From Octopus sinensis (taxonomy: Eukaryota): 64,000 nt of DNA. Location of the stretch: assembly GCF_006345805.1 (NCBI RefSeq), contig NC_042997.1:193006001-193070000 (forward strand), in the 5' to 3' direction. Positions 62,400-64,000 of this stretch are shown here, one piece after another; positions within the stretch are counted from its first letter, which is position 1, and the number at the start of each line of letters is the position of its first letter. The notes beneath the pieces were generated by a model that searched no databases, was not told where the DNA came from, and saw nothing but the letters and a program-made list of their open reading frames with translations. The position numbers and the translations under genes are program-made.

Positions 62400-63495
62400 T
62401 TCTGCTATTTAGGTGACTGAATTAGTAACAATGGTGGATGCTCTGAAAGTATTGTTTCTAGAATAGGAAAAGAATGGAGGAAGTTCAGAGAGCTCCTACC
62501 TTTGTTGGTAACAAAAGAACTCTCTTTCAGAGTGAAAGGTAGATTGTATGATGCTTGTGTGAGAATGGCTATATTACATGGTACTTGTACTTGTGACGGC
62601 ATTCACCCAGGATGGGTTGAGCCGACTTCTTCTCTGTTCTTAACGGCATCACAAACCATGGCGGTCCATGCTCGTTGGTCCTGTGTGAGGTCACTGGAGA
62701 TAGCAAGCCATTCACGGTTCCATCTGCGCAGACCGACCACCTGCTGAGCTGAGAGTTCAGAGAAGTCCTCCTTTATTGTCATTGCCCAGGTTTTCAGCTG
62801 TCTGCACTTGCGTTTGCGCCAGTTGGGAAGTGGAGGTGGGAGGAGGACATCGCAAATCAGCTCACCCTCAGGACACCGGGCCGCATGACCGAACCACCTT
62901 AAGTGCCATTGTAGAAGCACTGAAGGGAGGGGCTGGAGATTCAGGTGATGACAAAGACCGGCTGTAGAAACCCAATCAATGCATTGGCAGCGAAGAATGC
63001 GGTGGTGACAGTCATTGTCAAACACCTCCAGCCTTCGCTGATCGAGTACCCTCATAGGCCATGTTTCTCAACCATAGAGGAGGATAATATGAACGACGGC
63101 CTGGTAGATTCGCCCTGGTAGTGAGAAATGGGCTCTGACTGCAGAGGACATGCATAGATTGGAGAGGAATGAAGGTAGTATGCTCCATTGGATTTGCAAC
63201 ATCAGTATGAATGACCAACAAAGCACAACTGTGTTGAGAGAAAAGCTGGACATAAGAGGGATTAAATGTGGCATGCGGGAGAGGAGATTGCATGTGATGC
63301 GTGAGTGAAGACAGCTGTATACAGAAGTGCCTGTCACTGAAAGTGGATGGTACCTGTGGAAGAGGGAGACCCAGGAAGACATGGGATGAAATGGTGAGGA
63401 CTGATCTTAAGATGTTGAGGTTCATGGAGGAAATGACAATGGACCAAGATGTTTGGCGATATGAGGTTCTAGAGAAGACCTGCCCACATCAGTGA
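62400..63495 (+). mobile_element. RTE-clade LINE 3' fragment interrupted by another RTE
   Basis: ..KGRLYDACVRMAILHG continues after the insertion as SEKWALTAEDMHRLERNEGSML.. and GTCGRGRPRKTWDEMV. Confidence 0.85.
62584..63115 (-). mobile_element. Nested RTE LINE 3' fragment of a different family
   Basis: ORF 62603..63055 (LEVFDNDC..LRWFGHAAR..RQLKTWAMTIKED); (CAAGTA)n tail; TGGTA repeated at 62579-83 and 63116-20. Confidence 0.85.
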
Positions 63496-64000
63496 AACTG
63501 AATGTTAGAAGAGTTGTGTCCAACCCACATGTAACAACAAACTTTTCACATAATCTACCCCAAGAAACCAAACAACATTTCCTCTTCATAAACTATGATT
63601 GTCTTCCAATCCTCTTTCCCGCCCTCACTGCCCTGGTCACTGTATCGCTGCGTTCCACATCCCCCACCCCCGTTTTTCTACCTAGATTTTCAACAGTTGC
63701 TGCAATCTCCAGTTCTTACTTGTGCCTTCTTGGCAACACCTCACCATATATATTACAACCTTTGTACTGCTCTCTGCGACATCTCCAGCTCTACGTCGAC
63801 GACAGTGAACAGGTGTGGTCACCATTTGTGAGGTGCGCTTTCCTGCAGCTCGTCATCATGGCCGAACTGCAGTCATGGATCAAAAAGAGGCTGAGGAAGG
63901 GTGAATGGCACCGCAAGTGTCATGTTGCTCTCGAGCAACTATGCAGTCCTGGGTCGACCTTTAGTGACAGCATCACCATGAAAGCATTCTATAGGGGATT

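Overview
AT-rich, intron-rich, SINE- and microsatellite-dense animal DNA. The SINE families and repeat landscape point to a cephalopod, very probably Octopus (inference from recalled SINE sequences; no search run). Most listed ORFs are microsatellite or SINE shadow frames. Manual splicing recovers three protein-coding loci. (1) An ankyrin-repeat exon at 3145-3429 (-). (2) A complete 3-exon gene at 22277-31371 (+), not visible in the ORF track, with TATA box and polyA signal. It encodes a 338-aa secreted protein: signal peptide, Gly-rich arm, 10-Cys Ly6/uPAR (three-finger) domain, ~190-aa Gly/Ser/Trp repeat tail, no GPI anchor. (3) ENKD1, 6 coding exons at 39870-52857 (-), downstream of an RFX X-box that may drive a divergent + strand gene. 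Mobile DNA includes CR1, Tx1/L1, RTE and Penelope fragments, Helitrons, mariner/pogo derivatives, a TTAGGG-bearing TIR element and four SINE families. The strongest non-coding signal is a ~430-bp near-perfect palindrome (15393-15821) in which each arm carries an intact-looking type I hammerhead ribozyme. SINE family names A-D are my own labels; repeat coordinates are approximate unless boundaries are quoted.
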